Positions 7,645-17,399 of a DNA stretch of 64,000 nt are shown piece by piece (positions within the stretch are counted from its first letter, which is position 1; each line of letters opens with the position of its first letter). The notes beneath the pieces are model-generated. The model had not been told where the DNA came from. It was given only the letters and a program-made list of their open reading frames with translations, and did not search any database. The DNA is taken from positions 26,485 through 90,484 of the forward strand of contig JBEKZX010000002.1 in assembly GCA_049509455.1 (NCBI GenBank). Reading direction: 5' to 3'. Source of the DNA: Conexivisphaerales archaeon (GTDB lineage: Archaea > Thermoproteota > Nitrososphaeria > Conexivisphaerales > DTJL01). A program made the translations under genes and the position numbers.

Positions 7645-9423
7645 TCAGAAGACGAGCAAGGCAATCAATTCTGCGATAAGAAGGCAGAAGATGAGTAAAA
7701 GGCCTTTCTTGGTGGCGTTTACGGCGTTGGTGAGCGTGGCTTCCATTTGATCAAGTAGATCGGCCTTCGGGAGCTGAATATGTGACACCCATTCAAAGAA
7801 TCCGAGAGAAGCACCCTTCGTATTAAGGAGAGATTGATCGGCCAGGTTTGACACGGCGGTCGTGATATTGGTGGAGGGCGTGGTTTCGCCTAGTGCCAAG
7901 TACCCCCTCTTGTTCCTGATTCTGGCGGCGTTGAAATGTGAATCGGACGTGCAGAATTCCAGCAGTTTAATCGATTTCGCAGCCAAGGCTGCGTCTATGT
8001 CATGTCTAAGCCCCACTAACGAGTTATTGGAATCCACAGATACTATGGTGTAGTTGACGCCATTGATTGTGATGGTCATGCAACCCAGACCACCGGCTCC
8101 GATGTCGGCGCCGCTGATGGAAGGGAAGGCGTATGCCTTGTTGGCGCAGCCCAAGCTGAATTCGTATTGAGGGGCAGAGAAGAGTTCAGAAGCCACCTGT
8201 TTGATTCCTTCCAGGGCGTCGGACTGCAACGCGGCGGAAGGGTTGTCTCCTATGGAATTGTGGGCGTCGATTAGGACCACCCTCCGATAGCCTATCTTTG
8301 CGCAGAGATTCTTTGCCGATTCTCTGAAACTGGAAGGGTAGTCTTCTGATCCTTTCGGCACCGATACGAAGATGCAGAGTGAGTCTCCAAATCGAATCCC
8401 TGTGACGATGGCATCTCCTGATTCTTTGACAAGGGGGGACGAGATTCTGTTACTGAAGGTGCCGTCTACGGGGGGGACGGTCAGCTGCGCTAGATATCGC
8501 TCTACTTCCCGTGAACTTGTGATGTTCAATGAATGATCGACGGCCCCATGGAGGACGAAAACATCATCGTATCCCTTTCCTCTCAAATACCAATGTATCC
8601 TTCCAGGAAGGTCGAAAGCTCCTACTGGCGCAAATGGGCCCGGATGAACTTCTGGTACTACCAAAGCTGTCTTCTTCCGGTCGTCAGTTGTGAATTCAAG
8701 TAGGTATGTGGAGACGGACCCAGCCTGACAAAACGTCGAGAGAGACGACTCCAGCGCGGCGCCATCGAAGTTGGTCCATGCGTCGAGGAACGCTTTGAGC
8801 AGCTTGAATGAAGGCGTATGAAAGTGCTTCTTGGCAGCCCCGTTGATCCAGCTCAACGTAATCAACGTCGCGAAGAAGAAACCAGCTCCAAGAGCAAAGG
8901 GAAGGCTCAAGGCCGAAGAGACTCCGTACGACGAGATGTACAAGAAGAATCTGAGCGCAAGAGGGAGGGCGTTGAGAGCCGAGATTGCGATGGCGAGCCA
9001 TACAGTCTCCGTGAACACGGGCCAGAAGATCAGCACATTGAAGGCCGCTGATACGAACGAAGTGAATGCGAATGAATATAGGGCAGCCGGCGGATTGAAT
9101 CCCTTCGCGAGAAGGATCAAAAGCGTGACGACGAGCCAGACGCCGTTGACGATTGTTAAACTCGCAGTTACTCTTCTGGTGGTGGCTATGGGAGAAAGAT
9201 GGGAAGAGATCGTCGTAACCATCTGCAACACAAGAGCTTGAAGTATTAAGATGATGAGAATCATGAAGGTCGCGAGTGGTGGCTGCAGGCCATAGCAATA
9301 TTCATAGACGGCAGCCAAGAAGAAGAAGACTACGAAGTATGTAGCTACGATTGAGTAGAGGGACCGGGGAAGCACGAAAAGCAGTTGAAACCTCTTCGCC
9401 ATGCTGGCTGAAGCGCTTTCCAT
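7645..9423 (-). CDS. DUF2070 family membrane protein
   Basis: Multi-TM N-terminus then HPGPF, DAHNS and SDSH motifs typical of DUF2070. Confidence 0.8.
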   Translation of the reverse strand: MESASASMAKRFQLLFVLPRSLYSIVATYFVVFFFLAAVYEYCYGLQPPLATFMILIILILQALVLQMVTTISSHLSPIATTRRVTASLTIVNGVWLVVTLLILLAKGFNPPAALYSFAFTSFVSAAFNVLIFWPVFTETVWLAIAISALNALPLALRFFLYISSYGVSSALSLPFALGAGFFFATLITLSWINGAAKKHFHTPSFKLLKAFLDAWTNFDGAALESSLSTFCQAGSVSTYLLEFTTDDRKKTALVVPEVHPGPFAPVGAFDLPGRIHWYLRGKGYDDVFVLHGAVDHSLNITSSREVERYLAQLTVPPVDGTFSNRISSPLVKESGDAIVTGIRFGDSLCIFVSVPKGSEDYPSSFRESAKNLCAKIGYRRVVLIDAHNSIGDNPSAALQSDALEGIKQVASELFSAPQYEFSLGCANKAYAFPSISGADIGAGGLGCMTITINGVNYTIVSVDSNNSLVGLRHDIDAALAAKSIKLLEFCTSDSHFNAARIRNKRGYLALGETTPSTNITTAVSNLADQSLLNTKGASLGFFEWVSHIQLPKADLLDQMEATLTNAVNATKKGLLLIFCLLIAELIALLVF

Positions 9424-9477
9424 GAATCAATCGTGCACCTAGTGTACGTTGGGATGTTAGCGCATTCATTGTAACTA

Positions 9478-9661
9478 TTAATCTTTCGTTTGTTTGAAGA
9501 AGGCTAGGACCAGCAGAGAGCCTACTTGTAAAGTAGCTTTCGCGCCTAATGATGATGTCCACGTTCGTGCGGAAACTTGGCGTGTCGTCTTCGAAGAACC
9601 GTAGAAGACCCGCATTCAAAGCCGGCAACGGAGCCTTGTTCTTCCGTTTCCTCGTGCTCAT
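9478..9661 (-). pseudogene. Preprotein translocase subunit Sec61beta, apparently +1 frameshifted
   Basis: N-terminus APLPALNAGLLRFFEDDT is the Sec61beta signature; the hydrophobic tail (VGSLLVLAFFKQTKD*) lies in the +1 frame after ATC ATC ATT AGG C. Confidence 0.7.
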
Positions 9662-9773
9662 GTTCGCTTCTAGCTAGCTCGCATCATGTTGACTTGGAAG
9701 GCGCTCTCATGGGTTTGGCGACCCTATCGTTCGCGGGACAAATTAAAATGATGGATGATTCTATATCTCAGCC

Positions 9774-11096
9774 ATGAGAACGGATGCCGCCCGTGACGAT
9801 TACGACAAAGTTTTCGAGCTAATGAAGTCGCATCATAAGTGGTTCTCCGAAAGCTTGCCCTTGATTGCATCGGAGAATGTCGTTAGTGCCGCTGTTAAGG
9901 AGGCAATGGTTTCGGATTTTGGAAACAGGTATGCCGAAGGATGGCCGGGAGAGAGAGTCTACGCCGGCTGTACCTATATAGATGAAGTTGAAAGGATTGC
10001 GATACGCCTGGCTAAACAACTGTTCAACGCCGAGTTCGTGGATGTGAGACCAGTTTCCGGCGTCAACTCTAACTTAATTGCGTACACAATCTTTACGAAC
10101 CCAGGAGACACGATCATGGCCTTGTCGATACCTAACGGAGGACATATTTCATATGGCCGAAACGAGCTTGGCGGCACCGCCGGCAGTGTGAGAGGCCTGA
10201 AGGTGGAGTACCTCGTTTTCGACCAAGAATCCATGAATGTCGATGTTGATGGTACGATTGCCAAGGTGAAGAAGTTAGAGGCGGAAGGGGTTCGACCCAA
10301 GATGGTCATATTCGGGGCGTCTGTCTTCCTCTTTCCCCATCCGGTCAAGGAACTTGAATCATTTTTCCATTCGATTGGAGCGACGGTGCTTTATGATGGT
10401 GCACACGTCCTTGGATTGATTGCTGGCAAGCAGTTCCAGGATCCTCTTCGAGAGGGTGCTGACTTAGTGACGGGAAGTACTCATAAGACTCTGCCAGGGC
10501 CTCAAGGGGGCATAGTCCTGTCTTGGAACAAGTACGCTGATGCAATCAAGAAAGCGACCTTCCCCGGCAATGTCTCTAATCATCACCTCCACCATGTCGC
10601 GGGAAAGGCTTTGGCGTTCGCAGAGATGCTCACATTCGGCGAATCCTATGCACAGGAGGTTGTGAAGAACGCTAGGGCGTTAGCTGAATCACTTAGCTCG
10701 AGAGGAATTACGGTCTTCGGAGAGAAGTTAGGCTTTACCCGTTCTCATCAAGTCTTGGTTGATGTGACGAAGTATGGTGATGGCGGGACGCTTGAGAAGA
10801 AGCTCGAGTCAGCAAATATCATAGTAAACAGGAACATGATTCCGACGGACATCAAAGCCGGTAGACACTTCGATCACCCAGGAGGCCTTCGCTTCGGCGT
10901 TCAGGAATTGACGCGTCTCGGTATGGGTACGGATCAGATGGACCGGGTCGCCGAATTGGCAGCTAAAATCATAGTTGGCGGTGATGATTCGAGCCTGGTA
11001 GCGAGTGAAGTGAAAGACTTCCGGCGAGGATACCAGAAGATTCGTTACGCCTTTGACACGGCGAATGATGCCTATGGATATATCTCATTGAGGTAA
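9774..11096 (+). CDS. glyA: Serine hydroxymethyltransferase
   Basis: LIASEN, YAEGWPGERVYAGC, PLP-lysine motif STHKTLPGPQGG. Confidence 0.97.
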   Translation: MRTDAARDDYDKVFELMKSHHKWFSESLPLIASENVVSAAVKEAMVSDFGNRYAEGWPGERVYAGCTYIDEVERIAIRLAKQLFNAEFVDVRPVSGVNSNLIAYTIFTNPGDTIMALSIPNGGHISYGRNELGGTAGSVRGLKVEYLVFDQESMNVDVDGTIAKVKKLEAEGVRPKMVIFGASVFLFPHPVKELESFFHSIGATVLYDGAHVLGLIAGKQFQDPLREGADLVTGSTHKTLPGPQGGIVLSWNKYADAIKKATFPGNVSNHHLHHVAGKALAFAEMLTFGESYAQEVVKNARALAESLSSRGITVFGEKLGFTRSHQVLVDVTKYGDGGTLEKKLESANIIVNRNMIPTDIKAGRHFDHPGGLRFGVQELTRLGMGTDQMDRVAELAAKIIVGGDDSSLVASEVKDFRRGYQKIRYAFDTANDAYGYISLR

Positions 11097-14000
11097 TCAA
11101 ACATAGTCCGCAATGGAAGTTTGCTTCTTTGATTCGGAGAGAAGTTGCAGGTTCTCTAGTGTCAGAGCGACCTTGTCTTTAATCGGTTGGGGGATTTTAT
11201 GCGACCTTGTGAGTTCGTTAGCTAACAGCGCGTACTTCTCAACCGCGGCCATTGTAACGGTCGGAAGGAGCTCCCTTCCACAGGTCAGACAGTTTCCTTT
11301 GAGTGGTGGACGGCGGTATGCCTCTCCACATCCCTTGCAACGGAACTTCTGAGTAGAGTACGCTTCCAGATTCTTGATTATTTCTTTGACAAGGTAGTTG
11401 TTCAGCAGGGATGAGACGAGGGCATCAACGTCGACTGCCTGGATTCTGCTTGCAACGGCTATCTGTTTGTTCACTTTGTCGGGCATCGGTCCTGGAGCGG
11501 CGTATTGGGACCATGGCTGACGTGGAACTATGTTTGATGACCAGTGTGTGTACTCGTAGATTAGCTCTGGAGCCTCTGAATTATCGCTTCGCGAAGCGGA
11601 TGAGAACATGCGTTCGAATAATTGGGAGGAAACCTTCTCACTAGCCTTGATGAAGAACTCTTGAGGATATGAGCTCAAAGTGTCTAGAAGTGTGGGAGTC
11701 CTAGTCGTCGTTGACTGTAAGATGATTGGTTCTATCATTGTGGGTGTGTCCAGCAGCCCTTCCAGCTGGTCCGGGCAAAGCCTTGGGGAGTAATTCAGTA
11801 GGACATCCAAAAGCAGCGTCAGCGAGTCAGCGTCGCCTCCACAGTCTCGATGCTTGGCAGCATGCCACATGGGATGGGCAAAACAAACTCGTGCGTTTGC
11901 AAAGCCTATGATGCGACCCACTACTCCGATAGAGGCTTTGGGAGATATCCCGACCACAAGAGCGCCCAGAAGGTCGTCCTGTTTGTGGATGTCGTAAAAC
12001 GCTTCGGTCTTAAAGAATCGTGTCAAGAGATCGTCCAAATAGGCGGCAAGTCTCTTGAGGTGATCGCCACATTCTTCGGGCAGGATTATGTCCTGAGGCT
12101 TGAGCTCCAAGGTTTGCTCTTCGGATTCCAAAGGTCTGCCGTATCGATCTACGACGTAACCGAGATTTTGAAGCGTTTTGATGTCCGTGTGGAGCTGGGA
12201 GGGTTTGAAGTGTGTCAGAGGAGCGTTGATAGTATCGTACCTTATTGTTCCATCCTTGAAGCTCGTCAGGCTATGGCGTTGTCTCATGATGCCTTTTTCA
12301 AGTCGCTCTGGTGTCAATGAGCGGTTCGCGAGTCTGACTACGCCCTTCAGAGGTGGATAGGGCTGAAGGCCTGTGCTAGCTGAAGCGGCACGAAGGATAT
12401 CCAGTACCCTTGGGACCGCAGTAGTATAAGGCAACGTGACGCTTCCGCAGTCCGGACATTTCTCGGCGCGGCTCTCCTTTCGGCATGAAGTGCAGAAATA
12501 TAGTCTAGACGTAGGGGATTCACAGAAGGGACAAGAGTTGTATGGGGAAGGAGAACCACAAGATGGGCATATCTGCATGAGAAGGTCAACTGTTGAAGGA
12601 GAGTGTGAAAACTGGAGGAGATCCCGAGACGGTCCAACTTTCGACCCCACCGGAAACAATACATGGATTGGAGGTCTCATCTTGCGCTCGTTTGCCAACT
12701 CTATCCTGCGCAGTGCCACCCCAACATATGTTGAGGACTTCTTCCTGATCTCGAGGCCAGAAAGGAACTTGAGCAGAGTCAACGTATCCGAATAGTTGGT
12801 TCCGAGAGGGATGGTCTTCTCCGGGGCTAGTGTTAGATAGGCTGATTCCGCGTCGTCCCCGGAGACGACGAGGAGGGAACCCGAGACTTTATGTGGGATG
12901 CCGATTGTCTCTAGGATTCGCTTGATTTGTGAAGAATTCAAGAAGGCGAGCGTCTTAGGGCGATATTCATCGTTTTGATAGTCGACAATGTTATCCCTGA
13001 GCGAAAATATGTCTTTTATGGCGAGCAAGTCCCAGAAGAACGTATAATGTGGATGGAGCGGGATTGCGAGCGCGTTGCAGAGTTGTAAGGACTCGAGAAG
13101 GGTGGGTGTGGTAGAAATGGGATTAGCTAATATCGTTTGAAGCCTATTGATGTCGATGGTGGCTAGGGCCGACAGCTGTTCGAGGGTAAGGTGTCTCTGT
13201 TCTCCTCCGCTTTGGACATCTGTGATCCACCATTCTTCGACGTAGCCGGAAGGATCTAGTTTTAAGCCAGAAGATAGAAACTCGCTCGGCGAGGTTAGGA
13301 TGTCTCCGAGATGAAGAATGCAGTCCAGGCTATCCTTGAGGGCTCGTGCCTCATCGGCGCTTTCAATCCTGCGCGTGTCACCGTTGTGAAGGCGAACTAT
13401 AGGAGGTTCGATTGAATCGACCATAGCTACCGAACCCGTCCGCCCCAAGATGCTGATCTTGATCTGTGTCCCAGTGGTTATTGGGAAGTCTAGGAGCTCG
13501 AGGACGGCGGGGTGGAAGCCAAAGCAACCAAATCCGGTATCTTGGGCTCTACCGTACCGCAGCCTGAAGCTCCCTTGCTTGTCCGGCAACGACAAGACCG
13601 GCCTGCCTGGCTTGGCGTCCAGAATGTATGATTGTGGGTCTTCTGGTTTACGTATCTTGGTACCGCCCTCTAGACTCGAGAGCCAATCCCATTCTTGGAT
13701 TTGCAACTCCCTAGCAAGATCGAGTAGACGGGAAGATCTGCCAATAACTCCATCGACTAGAACATGCAGGGCCCCTCCTCTCACTCGATCCTCCTTGATT
13801 CTGCTTAGACCTCGGTTGACGAGGACTTCGGTGCCTGAGGTTCCGTAGCCGTCCACTTCGACTGGGATGTTATGGAGAACGGATTGCAAGTCGGCTTCGC
13901 TAACTTTGAATTGAAATGGACCGGTTTCTCTCTGGCATAGGCGCAACTCCTCCAAGAATCGTGCGGTTTCATTCTCACCCGTTGAGTCGATGTGATATTT

Positions 14001-14564
14001 ATCGAGACCGATGATGAGTCGAACCCTGTCAACAACTAGGAGCATAAACGCGGCTTGGAGAGGCGAGATAATGCCGGAAATCTGGCCGAACACTACTGCA
14101 GGATAGGATGTGCCATCGCCGTTCTTCTTAATGACGACCTTTGTGATGTTCTCAACAGGAATGGCCAAAGCACATGATGTCACAAGAGCCAACGCCGCTT
14201 TCAGGACAGAATTAAGCGTTTCTTCCTTTTCGAAGAAGCCGAAATGGCCTAACGCTATGTCTTCAGCTATCTTGAGAGCCGTTTTGGCCACTGGGTCCTT
14301 GGAATCATAGGAAGTGAGCCTTTCTGAGATGCCACTAATGCCAGTAATCATCTCTAGCCGGTCGGCTATATCACATACCGCATGTGATTGTGGTTCCCTA
14401 TCCAAGTCGATTCCCTTTGACATTGCAGTAGTTGCGCACTCGAAGGCTTTGACGTAGGAGTCTCCAATGTTCCGAAGGTAAGTGATTTGAGACGGTTCGA
14501 CTACGCGCTCAAGGATTCTCTTGATGGTGTTTCTGGGATCGGTCCTGTCCTTGTCTAGGCTCAA
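11097..14564 (-). CDS. polC: DNA polymerase D large subunit DP2, highly diverged, with predicted catalytic Asp lost
   Basis: LRYGR, GRIIGF, NAPLTHF, HAAKHRDCGGDAD, zinc fingers, C-terminal FRCxxC...RRPPLxGxCxxCG, and PIP-like QTSIADYV. Confidence 0.92.
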   Translation of the reverse strand: MSLDKDRTDPRNTIKRILERVVEPSQITYLRNIGDSYVKAFECATTAMSKGIDLDREPQSHAVCDIADRLEMITGISGISERLTSYDSKDPVAKTALKIAEDIALGHFGFFEKEETLNSVLKAALALVTSCALAIPVENITKVVIKKNGDGTSYPAVVFGQISGIISPLQAAFMLLVVDRVRLIIGLDKYHIDSTGENETARFLEELRLCQRETGPFQFKVSEADLQSVLHNIPVEVDGYGTSGTEVLVNRGLSRIKEDRVRGGALHVLVDGVIGRSSRLLDLARELQIQEWDWLSSLEGGTKIRKPEDPQSYILDAKPGRPVLSLPDKQGSFRLRYGRAQDTGFGCFGFHPAVLELLDFPITTGTQIKISILGRTGSVAMVDSIEPPIVRLHNGDTRRIESADEARALKDSLDCILHLGDILTSPSEFLSSGLKLDPSGYVEEWWITDVQSGGEQRHLTLEQLSALATIDINRLQTILANPISTTPTLLESLQLCNALAIPLHPHYTFFWDLLAIKDIFSLRDNIVDYQNDEYRPKTLAFLNSSQIKRILETIGIPHKVSGSLLVVSGDDAESAYLTLAPEKTIPLGTNYSDTLTLLKFLSGLEIRKKSSTYVGVALRRIELANERKMRPPIHVLFPVGSKVGPSRDLLQFSHSPSTVDLLMQICPSCGSPSPYNSCPFCESPTSRLYFCTSCRKESRAEKCPDCGSVTLPYTTAVPRVLDILRAASASTGLQPYPPLKGVVRLANRSLTPERLEKGIMRQRHSLTSFKDGTIRYDTINAPLTHFKPSQLHTDIKTLQNLGYVVDRYGRPLESEEQTLELKPQDIILPEECGDHLKRLAAYLDDLLTRFFKTEAFYDIHKQDDLLGALVVGISPKASIGVVGRIIGFANARVCFAHPMWHAAKHRDCGGDADSLTLLLDVLLNYSPRLCPDQLEGLLDTPTMIEPIILQSTTTRTPTLLDTLSSYPQEFFIKASEKVSSQLFERMFSSASRSDNSEAPELIYEYTHWSSNIVPRQPWSQYAAPGPMPDKVNKQIAVASRIQAVDVDALVSSLLNNYLVKEIIKNLEAYSTQKFRCKGCGEAYRRPPLKGNCLTCGRELLPTVTMAAVEKYALLANELTRSHKIPQPIKDKVALTLENLQLLSESKKQTSIADYV

Positions 14565-14569
14565 GCTCC

Positions 14570-15328
14570 TTAACTCTTCGGCCCTTTGAGGTGGGCGGTT
14601 TCTACTATTTGACGTAAAACAACGTCGAAGTCCCGTGTCTCAAGCAGGTTCCCAATTACAAGGATGTCCGCTCCGGCCTCCACAGCGGCTCGAGCTGTTT
14701 CACCGTCTCTTATGCCACCCCCCACTATGAGCATTCCTTTGTAGAGACCTCGGACCGTCTTCACGGTCCCGGCAGGTATGTTAGAAGTCGCACCGGACCC
14801 GGCCTCTAGGTAGACATATTTCATACCTAGGTATTGAGCAGCTAGGGCGTAGAGAGCTACCAATTCAGGTTTGTTTTGAGGGAACGGACGTGCCCTCCCG
14901 ACGAACCCAGCGGTTCCCCCCTCTCCGGCGATGATATATCCCGTCGGAAGTGCTTCAATGTTGTACTTTCTCACCAAGGACGAACCAAGTGCCTGCGCTC
15001 CTGTGATGAAATATGGGTCCTCGGAATTAAGGAGTGATGCAAATAGTATGGCATCGGCGCCCGGCGACACTCCTGTCACATTTCCGGGAAAAAGAATCAC
15101 AGGTATAGTCACATGTTTCTTGACTTGTGTAACTACTGCGTCAAGGGTTAATTGATCAATGGCAGTCGATCCTCCAACTAATATGGCGTCGACCCCGGCT
15201 TCTGCCACCCTCCTAGCCAATGGCGGCGCCGCTTCAGCAGTTATGTTATCAGAATCCAGGAGTGCGAATACTAGAGCTTTCTTCTTTCCAAGTTCTCGTA
15301 GTATGTATGAATCAACCTTGGAGTCCAA
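14570..15328 (-). CDS. Geranylgeranylglyceryl phosphate synthase (GGGPS/PcrB family)
   Basis: ILVGGS, ILFPGN, YLEAGSG, VGGGIR, VIGN motifs. Confidence 0.93.
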   Translation of the reverse strand: MDSKVDSYILRELGKKKALVFALLDSDNITAEAAPPLARRVAEAGVDAILVGGSTAIDQLTLDAVVTQVKKHVTIPVILFPGNVTGVSPGADAILFASLLNSEDPYFITGAQALGSSLVRKYNIEALPTGYIIAGEGGTAGFVGRARPFPQNKPELVALYALAAQYLGMKYVYLEAGSGATSNIPAGTVKTVRGLYKGMLIVGGGIRDGETARAAVEAGADILVIGNLLETRDFDVVLRQIVETAHLKGPKS

Positions 15329-15331
15329 AGG

Positions 15332-15568
15332 TTAACCCCCAATCTTGCCTTTGTAAAATGCATCCACAAAATCGTTGAAGATGTCGATGACTTCACGAGG
15401 TCTAGGGGGGACGGTATCGTAGACCAGGTTACAAGATCCACATATTACATGAAACCCTTCGGTTTCTTTTAATACTTTTACTGATGGTGCTCCGCACCTA
15501 GGGCAATTGAATATTTTTGGAAGCGTTTTCCTAACCGGTTTATATACCTTCCTTCGACGTCTTCCCAT
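15332..15568 (-). CDS. elf1: Transcription elongation factor Elf1 homolog
   Basis: MGRRRRK...LPKIFNCPRCG...CGSC...IDIFNDFVD; start refined to the ATG at 15568. Confidence 0.9.
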   Translation of the reverse strand: MGRRRRKVYKPVRKTLPKIFNCPRCGAPSVKVLKETEGFHVICGSCNLVYDTVPPRPREVIDIFNDFVDAFYKGKIGG

Positions 15569-15687
15569 TATCTCACCGAGTGGCTTCGTTCTTGAGTAAG
15601 GATTCGGATGAGTTATAAAGGTATCACACGCGTCTGTCTGTTCCCTGTTAACCCTAGCAAGCAGTAGACAACCATAAATATACAAAA

Positions 15688-16092
15688 ATGTATAACAGGG
15701 CCATGCTTAAGGCGGCGCTCGAACCAGAGGCCCTCCAACTATTATTCAAAAGGTCTCACTTCAAGGAGGCGCAACTTGATGCTCTTCTCGTAAAGAGATC
15801 TTGCGATAAGAATGGTGTGAAGCTGAAAGAGGGTTTGCGAATGAGAGATAAGGAAGCTTCATTGGGTTCGACTTTGAGGTCTGCGTCGCAAGCCGAGGGC
15901 GTCATCTCTAAGTCAATAGCATCTTTGGTTCTTGCCATAAGCATGGGACTAGTGAGTTCATCCACCCTAGACGCGGCTTCCAAGGTGGCAAGTGCTGTCG
16001 AACAGTCAATGCTGCATAGATTGGATGAAGAGCAATTCATTCAGCTGACGAGGATAGTGGACGCGTTTTTGCAACAAGCATCACATCAATGA
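15688..16092 (+). CDS. Hypothetical helical protein in the origin-flanking cluster
   Basis: 134-aa ORF with normal codon usage; divergent from elf1 and apparently cotranscribed with the next gene. Confidence 0.7.
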   Translation: MYNRAMLKAALEPEALQLLFKRSHFKEAQLDALLVKRSCDKNGVKLKEGLRMRDKEASLGSTLRSASQAEGVISKSIASLVLAISMGLVSSSTLDAASKVASAVEQSMLHRLDEEQFIQLTRIVDAFLQQASHQ

Positions 16093-16144
16093 CCAACGCC
16101 GGCAACGCTTATATCACACCTTGAGAATCACATTATGTCACTCA

Positions 16145-16777
16145 ATGACCGACCTGACATCCTATTTGGCATTGGGGATTTCCCTAGTGAGCCTTGTCGT
16201 CGTAGTCATTGTCAGCCGGTATCTCCCTGTCCTAAGGAAGGCCTCCGCGGCCTATGTTGACGGTTCCGATGTTGTCTCAAAGATTATGAGTGAATTGAAT
16301 GCTAGGGCCTCAATCCAGGACAGACGCCTAGCTGATACACAAGTCAAATTAGATGTGTTGGAGGACCGGTGGATTAGAAGTGGTTGGATGCCTACCCAGG
16401 GTCCTTCATCTTATCCGTCTTCGAGGACCCGGTCTGGCATCAGCCCCAGAGAGTCAGCAGTCGAGACTACCATAAACCGGACGGAAGCCAGATTTGATAC
16501 TGGCTTTGGTCTGGGCTTGAGCGCCCCGCTCAAGCAGAGGTTTGCAAGGCCTTCTAGAGTGGAGACCTCTGTGCTAGAGAGTCTCCTCAGCAAGGAGATG
16601 ACCTCTCCCGAAGTGAGAGGGCTGCTGGGAAGCAGTAGAGAGCACGCAGCGAGGGTCATGAAATCGTTGACAGACAACGGTTTGGTGATGAGGGAGACTT
16701 CGAAGAAGCCTTACGTCTACCAGATTAGTGATGCAGGGCGTGACATGGTCACAAACGGCACTGCATCAGGTTCATAA
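16145..16777 (+). CDS. Membrane-anchored protein with C-terminal winged-helix (MarR-like) domain
   Basis: N-terminal TM (YLALGISLVSLVVVVIVS), coiled segment, and C-terminal MTSPEVRGLLGSSREHAARVMKSLTDNGLVMRETSKKPYVYQI wHTH. Confidence 0.75.
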   Translation: MTDLTSYLALGISLVSLVVVVIVSRYLPVLRKASAAYVDGSDVVSKIMSELNARASIQDRRLADTQVKLDVLEDRWIRSGWMPTQGPSSYPSSRTRSGISPRESAVETTINRTEARFDTGFGLGLSAPLKQRFARPSRVETSVLESLLSKEMTSPEVRGLLGSSREHAARVMKSLTDNGLVMRETSKKPYVYQISDAGRDMVTNGTASGS

Positions 16778-16812
16778 AATGTTCGGTTATGAAATTAGCG
16801 GACACATGTAAG

Positions 16813-17295
16813 CTAACGGTCTATTATCTGGCTGAATCGCGTTCCTTGTTGTCTCATCGCTGAAGGTGTTTGAATAGTAGTCGAGGGAGCTAAAGTGTAA
16901 ACCCATTTCCTTCCACGTTTGGACCTAGAGATAAGATTTTGATCATTCATTCTGAGAAGGTATGTACTTATTGCGGCCAGTTTCATCGGTTGGTTATATG
17001 TGTCTTCGAACGCGTCACGAATCTGGTCTGATGTAAATCGTTTGAACATGAACTTCTCAGAAATCAGATTTTGGACTTTACCATAAAGTGTGTCGTCTGT
17101 TTGGGTGGTCTTGGAGCTCTCCTCCTTAGCCAAGAGTTCATACATATCCATGACACGCATCACCTTATCTTTCGACAGACTTCCCTCTAGTTTGATGGTA
17201 TATCGTTCCCCACCAGATCCTTCGAACTGAATCCGGACAGCATGTCTGCCCAAGGAGTAGGGTAAGGTCTTTGTCTGACGGATATAACCGTTCAC
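16813..17295 (-). CDS. Hypothetical protein with C-terminal winged-helix domain
   Basis: FTSDQIRDAF...AAISTYLLRM...LISRSKRGRKWVYTL has wHTH helix and wing pattern. Confidence 0.7.
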   Translation of the reverse strand: MNGYIRQTKTLPYSLGRHAVRIQFEGSGGERYTIKLEGSLSKDKVMRVMDMYELLAKEESSKTTQTDDTLYGKVQNLISEKFMFKRFTSDQIRDAFEDTYNQPMKLAAISTYLLRMNDQNLISRSKRGRKWVYTLAPSTTIQTPSAMRQQGTRFSQIIDR

Positions 17296-17399
17296 AGTGA
17301 TAATGTGTGAACTAGGTTGTTAATCTTAATGAACTAACGTTGAGAGGAATTGTGAAGGTCCAGCCTAGTTTACTGGAGTTAGCAGGCACTATTCGCCCT

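Noticed and set aside
9500-9560. BHB mRNA intron explaining the Sec61beta frameshift
   Set aside because: The best candidate (around the GC-GAAA-GC hairpin) has a mismatched central helix and is 15 nt, so removing it would not change the frame
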